Assembly (NCBI GenBank): GCA_937991645.1
Contig: CALKPL010000037.1
Span: 9,168-73,167 of the forward strand
Origin: an uncultured Clostridia bacterium
GTDB taxonomy: Bacteria > Bacillota > Clostridia > Oscillospirales > UMGS1783
Direction: 5' to 3'
Length of the DNA: 64,000 nt
How positions within the stretch are numbered: the stretch's first letter is position 1; each line of letters begins with the position of its first letter. The notes beneath the pieces were generated by a model that worked only from the letters and a program-made list of their open reading frames with translations, ran no database searches and was not told where the DNA came from. Position numbers and translations under genes: made by a program. Positions 17,461 through 27,990 of this stretch are shown here, in pieces.

Positions 17461-17832
17461 ATGGCCAAATATCTCAGCAGCGAAGATGCCTGCAACGTCC
17501 AGATATCCGAAGAGGTTATCACCGCCATCGTCGCCATTGCGGCGGGCGATGTGGAAGGCGTCGTGCCCGCCGGCGCAAAGAACTCGAATATTGACTGGAA
17601 GGACCTCTTGCCCAAAAAAGGCTTCGGCAAAAACGTCCGGGTCGAGTCGCCGGAAGGCAAGCTGGTGATCGACGTGGACATCTCGGTGGAATACGGCAGA
17701 CCCATCCAGCAGATTTCGGAGAACGTGCAGAAAGCGGTGTTCGACGCGGTCACGAGCCAGACGGGGCTCAAAGTCGGCAGTGTCAATGTGCACGTGAGCG
17801 GGATTCTGTTCCCGAAAAAGAAGCCGGAATAA
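17461..17832 (+). CDS. Asp23/Gls24 family envelope-stress protein
   Basis: MAKYLSSEDACNVQISEEVITAIVAIAAGDVEGVV...LKVGSVNVHVSGI. Sits upstream of nusB, as yqhY does in Bacillus. Confidence 0.85.
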   Translation: MAKYLSSEDACNVQISEEVITAIVAIAAGDVEGVVPAGAKNSNIDWKDLLPKKGFGKNVRVESPEGKLVIDVDISVEYGRPIQQISENVQKAVFDAVTSQTGLKVGSVNVHVSGILFPKKKPE

Positions 17833-17904
17833 CCCTGGCCGAACGCAATTGTCCGCGCTTTTGCATGGCCGGTTTCAGCATGAATGTAAACAGAATAAAA
17901 ATAT

Positions 17905-17938
17905 CCCCTTCGCGCAGGCGCGAGGGGTTTATTTTTTT
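17905..17938 (+). terminator. rho-independent terminator after asp23
   Basis: CCCCTTCGCGC-AG-GCGCGAGGGG stem followed by TTTATTTTTTT. Confidence 0.7.
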
Positions 17939-18016
17939 GCTAGTTTATAGTATAATGTTTAAAATATAGAACAAATATGCGGCCCGCTCTGCTGCGCGGC
18001 CGCGGCGGAGGAAGCG

Positions 18017-18463
18017 ATGGATAGAAGATCAGCGCGCAGGGAGGCGTTCTGCCTTGCGTTTGAATACGGGTTTGACAGCGCGCGAACGGCGGACGAACTG
18101 TTGTCACTGGCGGCCGATGCGCGCGATCTGGCGGCCGACGAGTACGTAACGGAGCTTTTGCGCCTGCTGACGGCGCACGCCGACCAGATCGACGATGCGA
18201 TCCGTCCCTGGCTGAAGGGCTGGAAGCTGGAACGCATTTCCCGGGTCGCCCGCGCGGTGCTGCGCGTGGCCGTCTGTGAAATATTATACATGCCCGAAAT
18301 CCCCGGCAGCGTGTCCATTAACGAAGCGGTGGAGCTCGCAAAGGAATACGGGGACGAGCAGGACGCAAGCTTTGTCAACGGCGTGCTCGGCTCGCTCGTG
18401 CGCGCGGAAGCCGCGCCGGAACCCGCCGCGCCGTCCGGGCTCGGGCAGGCGGAGCCTAAGTGA
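18017..18463 (+). CDS. nusB: transcription antitermination factor NusB
   Basis: 148 aa: RRSARREAFCLAFEY...ERISRVARAVLRVAVCEILYMPEIPGSVSINEAVELAKEYG. Confidence 0.9.
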   Translation: MDRRSARREAFCLAFEYGFDSARTADELLSLAADARDLAADEYVTELLRLLTAHADQIDDAIRPWLKGWKLERISRVARAVLRVAVCEILYMPEIPGSVSINEAVELAKEYGDEQDASFVNGVLGSLVRAEAAPEPAAPSGLGQAEPK

Positions 18464-18471
18464 GGAGCGCA

Positions 18472-19683
18472 ATGGATATCATAACCGTAAAACAGCTCAA
18501 TACGTATATTAAATCCGTCATCGAAGGGGACGCCCTGCTCTACAACGTCACCGTCAAGGGCGAGATCTCGAATTTTACAAACCACTACAAGTCGGGACAC
18601 TTCTATTTCAGTCTCAAGTACGAGGGCGCGCTGATCCGCGCCGTCATGTTCCGTTCGAGCGCGCAGAAGGTCCGCTTCGAACCGCGCGACGGCATGCTTG
18701 TGCTCGCCCGCGGCCGCGTCTCGGTTTTTGAGCGGGACGGGCAGTACCAGCTTTACGTCGATCAGATGACGCTCGACGGCGCAGGCGACCTGTACATGCA
18801 GTTTGAGCTGCTCAAGCAGAAGCTGAGCGCCAAGGGCCTGTTCGATCCCGCGCGCAAAAAGCCCATTCCCAAGATACCGCTGCGCATCGGGGTCGTCACC
18901 TCGCCCACTGGCGCCGCGGTGCGGGACATTATCAACGTGCTCGGCCGCCGTTTTCCCGCCGCGAAGGTAATCCTGTATCCCGTCCTGGTCCAGGGCGAAG
19001 GCGCGGCGGCGCAGATCTGCGAGGCCATCGAGTATTTCAACCGCGAACGCGCGGCGGACGTGCTGATCGTGGGCCGCGGCGGCGGCTCGATCGAAGACCT
19101 CTGGGCCTTCAACGAAGAACGGGTCGCCTATGCCATCGCCGCTTCCGAGCTGCCCGTTATCTCCGCCGTCGGCCATGAGATCGACTTTACCATCGCCGAC
19201 TTTGTCGCCGACCTGCGCGCGCCCACGCCGTCGGCCGCGGCGGAGCTGGCCGCGCCTGAGGTGGGCGTGCTCATGAACCGTTTTGTCAACCTCATGGCCC
19301 GCCTGCAGCTGCTGCTGATCAACAGCGTCAAGGCCAAGCGCCAGCGGCTAGATTATGTCTGTTCCATGCCGGCGCTGCGCGATCCGATGAAACTCATCAA
19401 TGAACGGCGTATGCTCACCGATCATCTCACCGCGCAGATGACCGCGCAGATGCGCCTTGTGACGTCAGCGGCCAAACAGCGTTCCGGCGGCCTTACTGCA
19501 AAGCTCGAGTCTCTCAGTCCGCTCGCGGTGCTGGGCCGGGGCTATACCTACATGCGCGGCCCGGACGGGCGCATTATCAAAAGCATTGGCGAACTGAACA
19601 GGGGCGATACGGTCTCGGCCGTGTTTGCCGACGGCAGCGCTATGCTCACAGTCGATTCCACCACTCCGAAGGAGGATATATAA
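18472..19683 (+). CDS. xseA: exodeoxyribonuclease VII large subunit
   Basis: MDIITVKQLNTYIKSVIEGDALLYNVTVKGEISNF (OB fold), then the catalytic core GRGGGSIEDLWAFNEE. ATG 18472 follows GAGGAG. Confidence 0.9.
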   Translation: MDIITVKQLNTYIKSVIEGDALLYNVTVKGEISNFTNHYKSGHFYFSLKYEGALIRAVMFRSSAQKVRFEPRDGMLVLARGRVSVFERDGQYQLYVDQMTLDGAGDLYMQFELLKQKLSAKGLFDPARKKPIPKIPLRIGVVTSPTGAAVRDIINVLGRRFPAAKVILYPVLVQGEGAAAQICEAIEYFNRERAADVLIVGRGGGSIEDLWAFNEERVAYAIAASELPVISAVGHEIDFTIADFVADLRAPTPSAAAELAAPEVGVLMNRFVNLMARLQLLLINSVKAKRQRLDYVCSMPALRDPMKLINERRMLTDHLTAQMTAQMRLVTSAAKQRSGGLTAKLESLSPLAVLGRGYTYMRGPDGRIIKSIGELNRGDTVSAVFADGSAMLTVDSTTPKEDI

Positions 19684-19916
19684 TGGCACAGAAAAAGAGT
19701 TTTGAGGAGGCGATCAAGCGTCTGGAGGAAATTGTGAAGGCGCTTGAGAGCGGGGACACCCCTCTGGAACAGTCCATCGCGTTGTTCGAGGAGGGCACCG
19801 AACTTGCCGGATACTGCAACAAACTGCTGGAAACGGCGCAACAGAAAGTCGTCATGTTGACGTCTGACGAAGCGGGCGGAATGGAAGAACGTCCCTTTGT
19901 CAGTGAGGCGGGATAA
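19683..19916 (+). CDS. xseB: exodeoxyribonuclease VII small subunit
   Basis: 77 aa: SFEEAIKRLEEIVKALESGDTPLEQSIALFEEGTELAGYC. Confidence 0.9.
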   Translation: MAQKKSFEEAIKRLEEIVKALESGDTPLEQSIALFEEGTELAGYCNKLLETAQQKVVMLTSDEAGGMEERPFVSEAG

Positions 19917-20794
19917 TGGGATACGAGGAACAATACAAACAGTACGTCTCGGATATAGAGACCGCGCTGCAGACGGCGTTTCCCCTGAAGAAAATTACGG
20001 AGCGGTGTATCTACGAATCCGCGCGCTACAGCCTGCTGGCAGGCGGCAAGCGCGTCAGACCGGTGCTGCTGCTGGAGTTTGCGACCCGGTTTGGCTGCGA
20101 TAAAGAGCGGGCCATGCCCTATGCGCTCGCACTGGAGATGATCCACACCTATTCCCTGATCCACGACGACCTTCCCTGCATGGACAACGACACCCTGCGC
20201 CGCGGCCGGCCCACCAACCACATGGTTTACGGTGAGGCCGTCGCGCTGCTCGCGGGCGACGCGCTGCTCAACCGCGCCTATGAACTGATGCTCAACGCCG
20301 CCATCAAGGACGGGCTCAACGGCGTAAAGGCCGCTGCTTATATCTCCCGCAGCGCCGGGATTGCCGGTATGATCGGCGGGCAGGGAATCGATCTTGTGTC
20401 GGAGAGCCAGCCGGTCGACGCCTTTATTCTTACGGATATGTACCTGAAAAAGACCTGCGCGCTGATCGACGCCGCCTGCGTGGGCGGCGCGCTGTTGGGC
20501 GGCGCGGGGCGGGACGTGCTGACCACGGTTTCGGAGTACGCGGACCAGCTGGGCCTCGCCTTCCAGGTGGTGGACGATATCCTCGATGTGGAAGGGGACG
20601 CGTCCGAGCTCGGCAAAAACGTCGGGAGCGACGTGGACAACGGGAAATCCACCTCTGTGTCCGTGTTCGGGCTGGAGGAGGCGAAGGAGCGCGCCAAGGC
20701 GTACTCGCTGCGCGCGGAAGCGCGTCTGCGCACCCTGCCGGGCAGTGGATTTCTGCTGTGGTTTACGCGCAAGCTCCTGCAGCGCCGGCATTGA
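19916..20794 (+). CDS. ispA: (2E,6E)-farnesyl diphosphate synthase / polyprenyl synthetase
   Basis: First Asp-rich motif LIHDDLPCMDNDTLRRGRPT and second Asp-rich motif FQVVDDILD. Confidence 0.85.
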   Translation: MGYEEQYKQYVSDIETALQTAFPLKKITERCIYESARYSLLAGGKRVRPVLLLEFATRFGCDKERAMPYALALEMIHTYSLIHDDLPCMDNDTLRRGRPTNHMVYGEAVALLAGDALLNRAYELMLNAAIKDGLNGVKAAAYISRSAGIAGMIGGQGIDLVSESQPVDAFILTDMYLKKTCALIDAACVGGALLGGAGRDVLTTVSEYADQLGLAFQVVDDILDVEGDASELGKNVGSDVDNGKSTSVSVFGLEEAKERAKAYSLRAEARLRTLPGSGFLLWFTRKLLQRRH

Positions 20795-20828
20795 CGGGCA
20801 AAAAACGCAGAAAGCGTGAAGCGAACGA

Positions 20829-22673
20829 ATGAGCATACTGGACTTTATCGAAAGTCCGCGGGATATCAAAAACCTGAGCGTGGACGAACTCGATCAGCTC
20901 GCCGGCGAGATACGCGCGTTTCTGATCGAATCGGTCTCGCATACGGGCGGCCATCTCGCCTCCAACCTGGGCGTGGTGGAACTGACCATCGCCCTGCACA
21001 GGGTCTTTGACGTGCCGCGGGATAAGCTGATATTCGACGTCGGCCATCAGTGCTATGTGCACAAGATCCTGACCGGCCGCCGCGGCCGGATGGATACCCT
21101 GCGCAGCATCGACGGCCTGAGCGGGTTTCCCAAACCCTATGAGAGCACATACGACTGTTTTGGCACGGGCCACAGCAGCACCTCGGTTTCTCTCGCGCTC
21201 GGGTTTGCGACGGCGGACAAACTCGCCGGCCGGGACAACAGCAGCGTCGCCGTCATCGGCGACGGGGCGCTGACCGGCGGCATGGCCTTTGAAGCGCTCA
21301 ACAACGCCGGCCGCAGCAAAACCAATACCATAGTGGTACTCAATGACAACGGGATGGCCATTTCGCGCAACGTGGGCGGCATTGCCCGCGGCATGACGCG
21401 TATCCGCATTTCAAGAAAATACTTCCATGCCAAAGACCGCGTCCACCGCTTTCTCAGCCGGACACGGCTGGGCATGAAACTGGACCGGGGCATTTCGCGC
21501 ACAGTGCGCGCCGTCAAGGACGTCATATACGACACCACCTGGTTTGAGGATTTCAACTTTGTGTACCTCGGCCCCGTAGACGGGCACGACATCGGCGCGC
21601 TGACCGTACTTCTCGATCGCGCCAAACAGCTGAAAAAGCCCTGCGTCGTCCACGTTGTGACAAAAAAGGGGCGCGGTTTTTCCGCCGCCGAACACGACCC
21701 GGTCACCTTCCATGGCGCGCCGCATTTCAACGCCGAGACCGGCGTGTGCGAGACGCCGGGCGAGCCGGACTTCTCGGCCGTGTTCGGGCAGTCGCTCGTG
21801 GAGCTCGCGTCGAAGGACGAGCGCATCTGCGCCGTAACGGCCGCTATGACGGACGGCTGCGGCCTCACCGGCTTCAAACGCGCCTGTCCCGCCCGGTTCT
21901 TTGACGTAGGCATTGCCGAACAGCACGCCGTCACCTTCTCCGCGGCCCTGAGCGCAGGCGGCTACCTGCCCGTGTTCGCCGTATATTCGACCTTTTTGCA
22001 GCGCGCCTACGACCAGGTTCTGCACGACGCGGCGCTATCAGGGGTCAAGCTCGTGCTGGGCGTGGACCGCGCCGGGATCGTCGGCAGCGACGGGGAGACC
22101 CACCAGGGCCTGTTCGACGTACCGCTGCTCAGCGGCATTCCGGGCGTAACGGTCCTTTGCCCCGCAAGCTTTGCCGAACTTCGCACCGGCCTGGAACAGG
22201 CGCTGTACCAGTATGAGGGCGTCGTTGCCGTGCGCTATCCGCGCGGCGGCGAACCGGCCTGCTTCCGGGGTATGGACACAATGCACGAGCCTGTGTCCGT
22301 AATACGGGAATCGGCGGCTAAAAACCTTGCCATTGTAAGTTACGGCCGTGAGACGGCGGACGCGCTGGACGCGTGCGCGCTGCTTGCGGAATACGATCCG
22401 GCGCTGATCAAACTCAACCGCGTCTCTCCGCTTCCGGACGGCCTGTACGGCCTGCTGCAGGAGTACCGCTATGTCGTGGCGGTCGAGGAGTCCATGCGCG
22501 CAGGCGGCGTGGGTGAACGCCTGGCCGCCCTGCTTTCGGATACGCCGGCCATCGTGAAGACATTGGCCGTGGACGGATTTGTTGAACACGGCGCGCCCGC
22601 GCTCCTGCGCGCGCGGCTTGGCCTGGACGGACCGGGAATCGCGGATTTCTGCATGAGGGAGTGTGTTCTGTGA
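20829..22673 (+). CDS. dxs: 1-deoxy-D-xylulose-5-phosphate synthase
   Basis: 614 aa: GGHLASNLGVVELTIALH, GHSSTSVS, IGDGALTGGMAFEALN. Full-length Dxs-like. Confidence 0.95.
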   Translation: MSILDFIESPRDIKNLSVDELDQLAGEIRAFLIESVSHTGGHLASNLGVVELTIALHRVFDVPRDKLIFDVGHQCYVHKILTGRRGRMDTLRSIDGLSGFPKPYESTYDCFGTGHSSTSVSLALGFATADKLAGRDNSSVAVIGDGALTGGMAFEALNNAGRSKTNTIVVLNDNGMAISRNVGGIARGMTRIRISRKYFHAKDRVHRFLSRTRLGMKLDRGISRTVRAVKDVIYDTTWFEDFNFVYLGPVDGHDIGALTVLLDRAKQLKKPCVVHVVTKKGRGFSAAEHDPVTFHGAPHFNAETGVCETPGEPDFSAVFGQSLVELASKDERICAVTAAMTDGCGLTGFKRACPARFFDVGIAEQHAVTFSAALSAGGYLPVFAVYSTFLQRAYDQVLHDAALSGVKLVLGVDRAGIVGSDGETHQGLFDVPLLSGIPGVTVLCPASFAELRTGLEQALYQYEGVVAVRYPRGGEPACFRGMDTMHEPVSVIRESAAKNLAIVSYGRETADALDACALLAEYDPALIKLNRVSPLPDGLYGLLQEYRYVVAVEESMRAGGVGERLAALLSDTPAIVKTLAVDGFVEHGAPALLRARLGLDGPGIADFCMRECVL

Positions 22674-23479
22674 GTGAAAAACGGCGTATCGATCAGCTGC
22701 TTGTGGAGCGCGGCCTCGCGCAGAGCAGGCAGCGCGCCCAGAGCGCGCTGATGGCGGGGCTTGTGTACGTGTCCGGCCAGAGGGTGGACAAGGCGGGCGC
22801 ACTCGTTGCCGCCGATGCGGAAATCGAGCTGCGCGGTGAAGCCTGCCCCTATGTGAGCCGCGGCGGCCTCAAGCTCGCCCGCGCCGTCGAGGCGTTTGGG
22901 CTGGATCTGCGCGGCCGGGTGTGCCTGGACGTCGGCGCTTCAACCGGCGGGTTTACCGACTGTATGCTGCAGCAGGGCGCGAAAAAGGTGTACTGTGTGG
23001 ACGTGGGCTACGGCCAGCTGGCCTGGTCTTTGCGCAGCGATCCGCGGGTGGTCAACCTCGAGCGCACCAATGTGCGCGGCCTCACCGAAAACGAGGTTGG
23101 CGAGCCCATAGACTTTGCGAGTATCGACGTCTCTTTTATATCATTAAAGCTCGTGCTCCCCGTCGTGCAGCGCTTTCTGCGCCCGGGCGCGGAACTGGTC
23201 GCCCTCGTCAAGCCGCAGTTTGAAGCGGGCCGGGCGGAAGTGGGCAAAAACGGCGTGGTGCGGGACGCGTCCGTGCATGCGTCCGTGCTGCGCGAGGTCG
23301 CCGGATTCTGCGCGGAAATCGGCCTTCCCCCCTCCGGCCTGACCTGGTCTCCCATCAAAGGTCCCAAGGGCAATATCGAGTTTCTGCTCTGGCTCTGCGG
23401 GCGCGCGGAGGAGATATGCATAGACAAAGTCGTTGAGCAGGCCCATGCGGCGCTGCGTGGAGGCGATCAGAATGAATAA
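22661..23479 (+). CDS. tlyA: TlyA family rRNA 2'-O-methyltransferase
   Basis: S4-like N-terminus RIDQLLVERGLAQSRQRAQSALMAGLVYVSGQRVDKAG and SAM motif LDVGASTGGFTD. Start is uncertain (GTG 22661 or 22670). Confidence 0.85.
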   Translation: MCSVSEKRRIDQLLVERGLAQSRQRAQSALMAGLVYVSGQRVDKAGALVAADAEIELRGEACPYVSRGGLKLARAVEAFGLDLRGRVCLDVGASTGGFTDCMLQQGAKKVYCVDVGYGQLAWSLRSDPRVVNLERTNVRGLTENEVGEPIDFASIDVSFISLKLVLPVVQRFLRPGAELVALVKPQFEAGRAEVGKNGVVRDASVHASVLREVAGFCAEIGLPPSGLTWSPIKGPKGNIEFLLWLCGRAEEICIDKVVEQAHAALRGGDQNE

Positions 23480-24338
23480 GATAGGACTTCTGCCCAACCC
23501 GGAAAAAGACCCCGATCTCTTTTACAGCGGCCGTATCTGCGAGTTTCTCATCCAGAGCGGCGCGCAAGTCTATACAAGCCCCGAATTCGCGATTTCCATG
23601 CCCGACGGGGTCGTATCCGTGCCGCGCGCCGAAATCTTCAGCTGCGCCGACTGTGTCGTCACACTGGGCGGCGACGGCACGCTGCTTCGGATCGCGCATG
23701 AGGCGGCGCGCCACAGCAAGCCCATCATGGGCGTCAATTTCGGCAAAATCGGCTATATGGCCGAGCTGGAATACAATGAGATTGAAAAGCTGTCCCGTTT
23801 GCTGTCCGGCCAGTTCGCCATTGAAAAGCGGCTCATGCTCGACGTGCGCGTACACCGCGGCGGCCGTACCGTATTCAAATCCATCGCGCTCAACGACGCG
23901 GTGATTTCCAAGGGCGTCATTGCCCGCCTGATCGAGCTGCACGTCGCCGCCGGCGGCGACCGCGTGTCCGACTACCGTGCCGACGGGATCATACTGTCCA
24001 CGCCCACCGGCTCCACCGGCTATTCCATGTCCGCCGGCGGCCCGATTCTGGAGCCGAGCATGGAGGCGATCATCATGACCCCGGTCTGTCCGCATTCGCT
24101 TGTGGCGCGCCCCATCGTCTTTTCCAAAGACGCCGTAATCGAGGTTACGACGCATAACATGGCCGACAAAGACACCTACCTCACCATAGACGGGTTTGAA
24201 ACGCTCAAGCTGCGCGAAGGCGATACGGTCGCCGTGCGCCGTTCACGGAGCGTCACCCGGCTGGTCAAGCTGAAAAACATGAATTTTTATAAAATACTCA
24301 ACCAGAAGCTGGCAACCGATGGGGAGGGATTCATTTGA
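23472..24338 (+). CDS. nadK: NAD kinase
   Basis: GGDGTLL motif (VVTLGGDGTLLRIA) and DGIILSTPTGSTGYSMSAGGPI. ATG 23472 (MNKIGLL). Confidence 0.9.
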   Translation: MNKIGLLPNPEKDPDLFYSGRICEFLIQSGAQVYTSPEFAISMPDGVVSVPRAEIFSCADCVVTLGGDGTLLRIAHEAARHSKPIMGVNFGKIGYMAELEYNEIEKLSRLLSGQFAIEKRLMLDVRVHRGGRTVFKSIALNDAVISKGVIARLIELHVAAGGDRVSDYRADGIILSTPTGSTGYSMSAGGPILEPSMEAIIMTPVCPHSLVARPIVFSKDAVIEVTTHNMADKDTYLTIDGFETLKLREGDTVAVRRSRSVTRLVKLKNMNFYKILNQKLATDGEGFI

Positions 24339-24793
24339 AACAACACCGGCACCTGAAGATTCTGGAACTCGTCCAGACCGAGCCGATCGAGACGCAGGAA
24401 CAGCTGCTCGCGCGTCTCAACGAGAATGGGTTTGACGTGACGCAGGCGACGATTTCGCGGGACATCAAAGAACTGCGCCTGTACAAGCGCGTTGACAGGA
24501 CAGGGAAGACGCGGTACGCAGTCAGCGGCGCGGCGGACGAAGGGGCGATGCAGCCGGAGCGCTATCACGGCCTGATGAAAGAGAGCGTGCGCATGATCGA
24601 CTATGCGGGCAACACCGTAGTCATCAAATGTATCGCGGGCATGGCGCAGGCGGTCTGCGCCGCGATTGACGCAATGGATATGGAGTCCGTGGTCGGCACG
24701 GTCGCGGGCGAGGACACCATATTCCTGCTCGTACGCCAGCAGTCGCAGGTCGAGAAACTCATTTCCGACCTGAATAAAATGCTCCAGCCGTAA
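24335..24793 (+). CDS. argR: arginine repressor
   Basis: 152 aa: HLKILELVQTEPIETQEQLLARLNENGFDVTQATISRDIKELRL. C-terminus GTVAGEDTIFLL. Confidence 0.9.
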   Translation: MKQHRHLKILELVQTEPIETQEQLLARLNENGFDVTQATISRDIKELRLYKRVDRTGKTRYAVSGAADEGAMQPERYHGLMKESVRMIDYAGNTVVIKCIAGMAQAVCAAIDAMDMESVVGTVAGEDTIFLLVRQQSQVEKLISDLNKMLQP

Positions 24794-24826
24794 ACGGCGG
24801 TCTGTGGGAAAGGGCGTTGCAGGGAG

Positions 24827-26509
24827 ATGCTTGAACGGCTCTATATTGAAAACGTAGCGGTCATTGAACGGGCCGAAATAGAATTTTTCAGCGGGTTCAA
24901 TATCCTCACGGGCGAGACGGGCGCCGGCAAGTCGATTATCATCGATTCGCTCGGCCTGCTGCTCGGCCAGCGCGCGTCGAAGGACCTGGTCCGCACCGGC
25001 TGCCCCTATGCGTATGTGGCGGGCAGGTTCGCGCTCAGCGGCGCGGCGGTGCACCATAAGCTTGACGAGCTGGACATCTGTCCGGAGGACGATGGGACCC
25101 TGTTTATCGAGCGCAAATTCACGGCGGAAGGGAAGAGCACTGCAAAAATAGGCGGTCGTCCTGTCCCGCTCGCGTCGCTGAAGGAGCTGTCGCCCTATCT
25201 GGTCGTCATCCACGGCCAGCACCTGAACCAGCGTATTTTGGATCCCGCCACCCACATCGGGTACCTGGACGGGTATCTTGGCTCGAACGCCGCAATGTCG
25301 GAATACGTATCGCAGTACAAGCTTACGCAGGCGGCGCGCAGGGAGCTGCTGCGGCTGCAGCGTCTGGACGCGGACAAGCAGGAGCGTCTGGACATGCTCC
25401 AGTACCGGATCGATGAGCTGACCCGCGCGCACCTGTCCGCAGGCGAGGAAGAGGCGCTCATGGCCCGCCGCGACGCGGCGGCGAACGCCGAGAAGCTCAA
25501 GACCGCCATCCACGCCGCGCGCGCCCTGCTCTACGACATGGACGGCAGCGCATGCGAACGCCTCACCGCCGCCGCCGCCGCTCTCGACCCGGCGTCGGCG
25601 CATTCGGCAAAGCTGCGTGAACTCGGCGACCGCCTTCGTACGCTGGCGGTCGAAGCCGAATCGGTAAGCGACGATCTGCGCGCCGCGGGCGGCGAGGTGG
25701 ACGACGCCGGCAGCCTGGACGAAATCGAGCAGCGTCTGGCCGAACTCAGGCGTATCCGCAAAAAATACGGCGGCAGCATTTCAGCCGCGATGGAGCTGCT
25801 TGAAAGCTCGGTGCGCGAACGCGATGAATTTGAGGGCATGTCCCAGCGCGTCGCCGCACAGGCGGCGGAGTTTGAACGGCTGGCCCTGTGCCTGGCCGAG
25901 CGGGCCGAGGCGCTGACAAACGCGCGGCGCGCCGCGGCCGACCGTCTAGCTGCGGCCGTGATGGAAAAGCTCGCCTTTCTCGATATGGAAAAATGCGTGT
26001 TTGAGATCCGGATCGAAAAGAGCGAGAAATTCACCGCGAACGGCCGTGATACAGTCGAGTTTTTTCTCTCGGCCAACCCTGGCGAGTCGCCCAAACCCCT
26101 TGCCAAAATCGCGTCGGGCGGCGAGCTTTCGCGGATCATGCTCGCAATCATCAGCGTGCTGTCGGAGGGCGACCCGGCCGACACCGTCATTTTCGACGAA
26201 GTCGACTCGGGCGTAAGCGGCAAGACTGCGCAGAAGATCGGCGTGCTGCTCAAGGCGGCGGCGCGTCGTCCACAGGTCCTGTGCGTGACCCACCTGGCGC
26301 AGATCGCGGCCATGGCGGATTCGCACCTGCTCATCACGAAACAGGCCGACGCGGACCGCACGACCACCACGGTCCGTATCCTGGACGAGCAGGGCCGGCG
26401 CGAGGAACTGGCGCGGATCCTCGGCGGGATGCAGATTACCGACGCGGCGCTGCAGGCGGCGGACGCGTTGATTGCAGAGGGCAGAAAACAGACTGAAAGA
26501 TTCAGATAG
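24827..26509 (+). CDS. recN: DNA repair protein RecN
   Basis: 560 aa. Walker A GETGAGKS, coiled-coil middle region, and C-terminal SGGELSRIMLA...FDEVDSG. Confidence 0.95.
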   Translation: MLERLYIENVAVIERAEIEFFSGFNILTGETGAGKSIIIDSLGLLLGQRASKDLVRTGCPYAYVAGRFALSGAAVHHKLDELDICPEDDGTLFIERKFTAEGKSTAKIGGRPVPLASLKELSPYLVVIHGQHLNQRILDPATHIGYLDGYLGSNAAMSEYVSQYKLTQAARRELLRLQRLDADKQERLDMLQYRIDELTRAHLSAGEEEALMARRDAAANAEKLKTAIHAARALLYDMDGSACERLTAAAAALDPASAHSAKLRELGDRLRTLAVEAESVSDDLRAAGGEVDDAGSLDEIEQRLAELRRIRKKYGGSISAAMELLESSVRERDEFEGMSQRVAAQAAEFERLALCLAERAEALTNARRAAADRLAAAVMEKLAFLDMEKCVFEIRIEKSEKFTANGRDTVEFFLSANPGESPKPLAKIASGGELSRIMLAIISVLSEGDPADTVIFDEVDSGVSGKTAQKIGVLLKAAARRPQVLCVTHLAQIAAMADSHLLITKQADADRTTTTVRILDEQGRREELARILGGMQITDAALQAADALIAEGRKQTERFR

Positions 26510-26521
26510 GAGAAAGATAAA

Positions 26522-27748
26522 ATGGGCGTATTTGACGAGTTAAAGCGGCGCGGCATGATCGCGCAGATGACAAATGAGGAGAAGATCCGGGATCTGCTCA
26601 ACAACGAAAAAATCAGCTTCTATATCGGTTTCGACCCCACGGCGGACTCCCTGCACGTCGGCCATTTTGTGCAGATCATGGTAATGGCGCACATGCAGCG
26701 CGCCGGGCACAGGCCCATCGTCATCCTGGGCAACGGCACCGGCATGGTCGGCGACCCATCCGGCAAAAGCGATATGCGTAAAATGCTCACGCCCGAACAG
26801 GTCGACCACAACGCAAACTGTTTCAAGGCGCAGATGAGCGGGCTGATCGACTTTTCCGAGGACAGGGCGCTTGTGCTGAAAAACGGCGACTGGCTGCTTC
26901 CGCTCAATTATATCGACTTTCTGCGCGAGGTCGGCGTGCATTTTTCCGTCAACCGTATGCTGACGGCCGAGTGTTTCAAAAGCCGTATGGAAAAGGGCCT
27001 CACCTTCCTGGAGTTCAACTATATGATCATGCAGAGCTACGATTTCTATGTTCTCTACAGCAAGTACGGCTGCGTTCTGGAGATGGGCGGGGACGACCAG
27101 TGGTCGAATATCCTGGGCGGCGTCGAGCTCATTCGCCGCAAGCTGCGCAAGGAGGCGTACGGCATCACCTTTACCCTGCTGACGACAAGCGAGGGCAAAA
27201 AGATGGGCAAGACGGAAAAAGGCGCGGTCTGGCTCGACCCGGAGAAAACCTCTCCCTATGAATTCTATCAGTACTGGCGCAATGTGGACGATGCGGACGT
27301 TGTCAAATGCCTTAAGCTGCTCACCTTCGTCCCCGTCGAGCAGATCGAGACGTACGAGGGCGTGCGCGACAGCCGCATCAACGAGGCAAAAGAGCTGCTC
27401 GCCTATGAAATTACGAAAGAGGTGCATGGCGAAGCGGAAGCGTCCAAAGCGCGGGACACGGCGCGCGCGCTGTTCTCGCAGAACGCGGACGCGAAGGACA
27501 TGCCCACGGCCACGGTTCCCGCCTCGGCATTTGCCGATGGGAAGATCGGCGTGCTCGATCTTCTGCTCGCGGCGGGTATTATCCCCTCCAAAGGCGAGGG
27601 CCGTCGCCTGATCGCACAGCGCGGCGTCACGGCCGCCGGCGCGGTCGTGGAGGACCCCATGCAGACCTATGCGCTGGAGGAGTTCAGCTCCGGCGAATTC
27701 ATTGTTAAAAAGGGCAAGAAGGTCTTTGTCCGTATTCTGGTGGACTGA
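26522..27748 (+). CDS. tyrS: tyrosine--tRNA ligase
   Basis: 408 aa. HIGH-type motif SLHVGH, KMSKS-type motif KKMGKT, and a C-terminal S4 domain. Confidence 0.95.
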   Translation: MGVFDELKRRGMIAQMTNEEKIRDLLNNEKISFYIGFDPTADSLHVGHFVQIMVMAHMQRAGHRPIVILGNGTGMVGDPSGKSDMRKMLTPEQVDHNANCFKAQMSGLIDFSEDRALVLKNGDWLLPLNYIDFLREVGVHFSVNRMLTAECFKSRMEKGLTFLEFNYMIMQSYDFYVLYSKYGCVLEMGGDDQWSNILGGVELIRRKLRKEAYGITFTLLTTSEGKKMGKTEKGAVWLDPEKTSPYEFYQYWRNVDDADVVKCLKLLTFVPVEQIETYEGVRDSRINEAKELLAYEITKEVHGEAEASKARDTARALFSQNADAKDMPTATVPASAFADGKIGVLDLLLAAGIIPSKGEGRRLIAQRGVTAAGAVVEDPMQTYALEEFSSGEFIVKKGKKVFVRILVD

Positions 27749-27990
27749 CCGGTTTGCGGCGCGGGTGTTTTCTGCCGGAAAACGTGCCGGCTGTCTGACA
27801 GTGCGGGCCCCGCGCCGGACCGGGATTCGGGCGCGTCGCCCCAGCCGCCCGCGCCAACCTGCCTTTTGTTTGAACGGCTGCGCCGCAGTGCGCAGTCTGC
27901 CGCCGGCCCGGCTCCCCTTTGCCGCGGCCGGCCCTCTTTTCAAAAAAACACGCGACTGGCTACAAATAGAACACAGAGGAGGATGCGCTT

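Noticed and set aside
17959-20869. 405-aa and 407-aa minus-strand ORFs opposite nusB/xseA/ispA
   Set aside because: They are shadow ORFs. The plus-strand genes are unambiguous and conserved in order.
24287-27943. 438-, 357- and 467-aa minus-strand ORFs opposite argR/recN/tyrS
   Set aside because: They are shadow ORFs in GC-rich sequence. The translations are low-complexity (Arg/Ala/Ser-rich).
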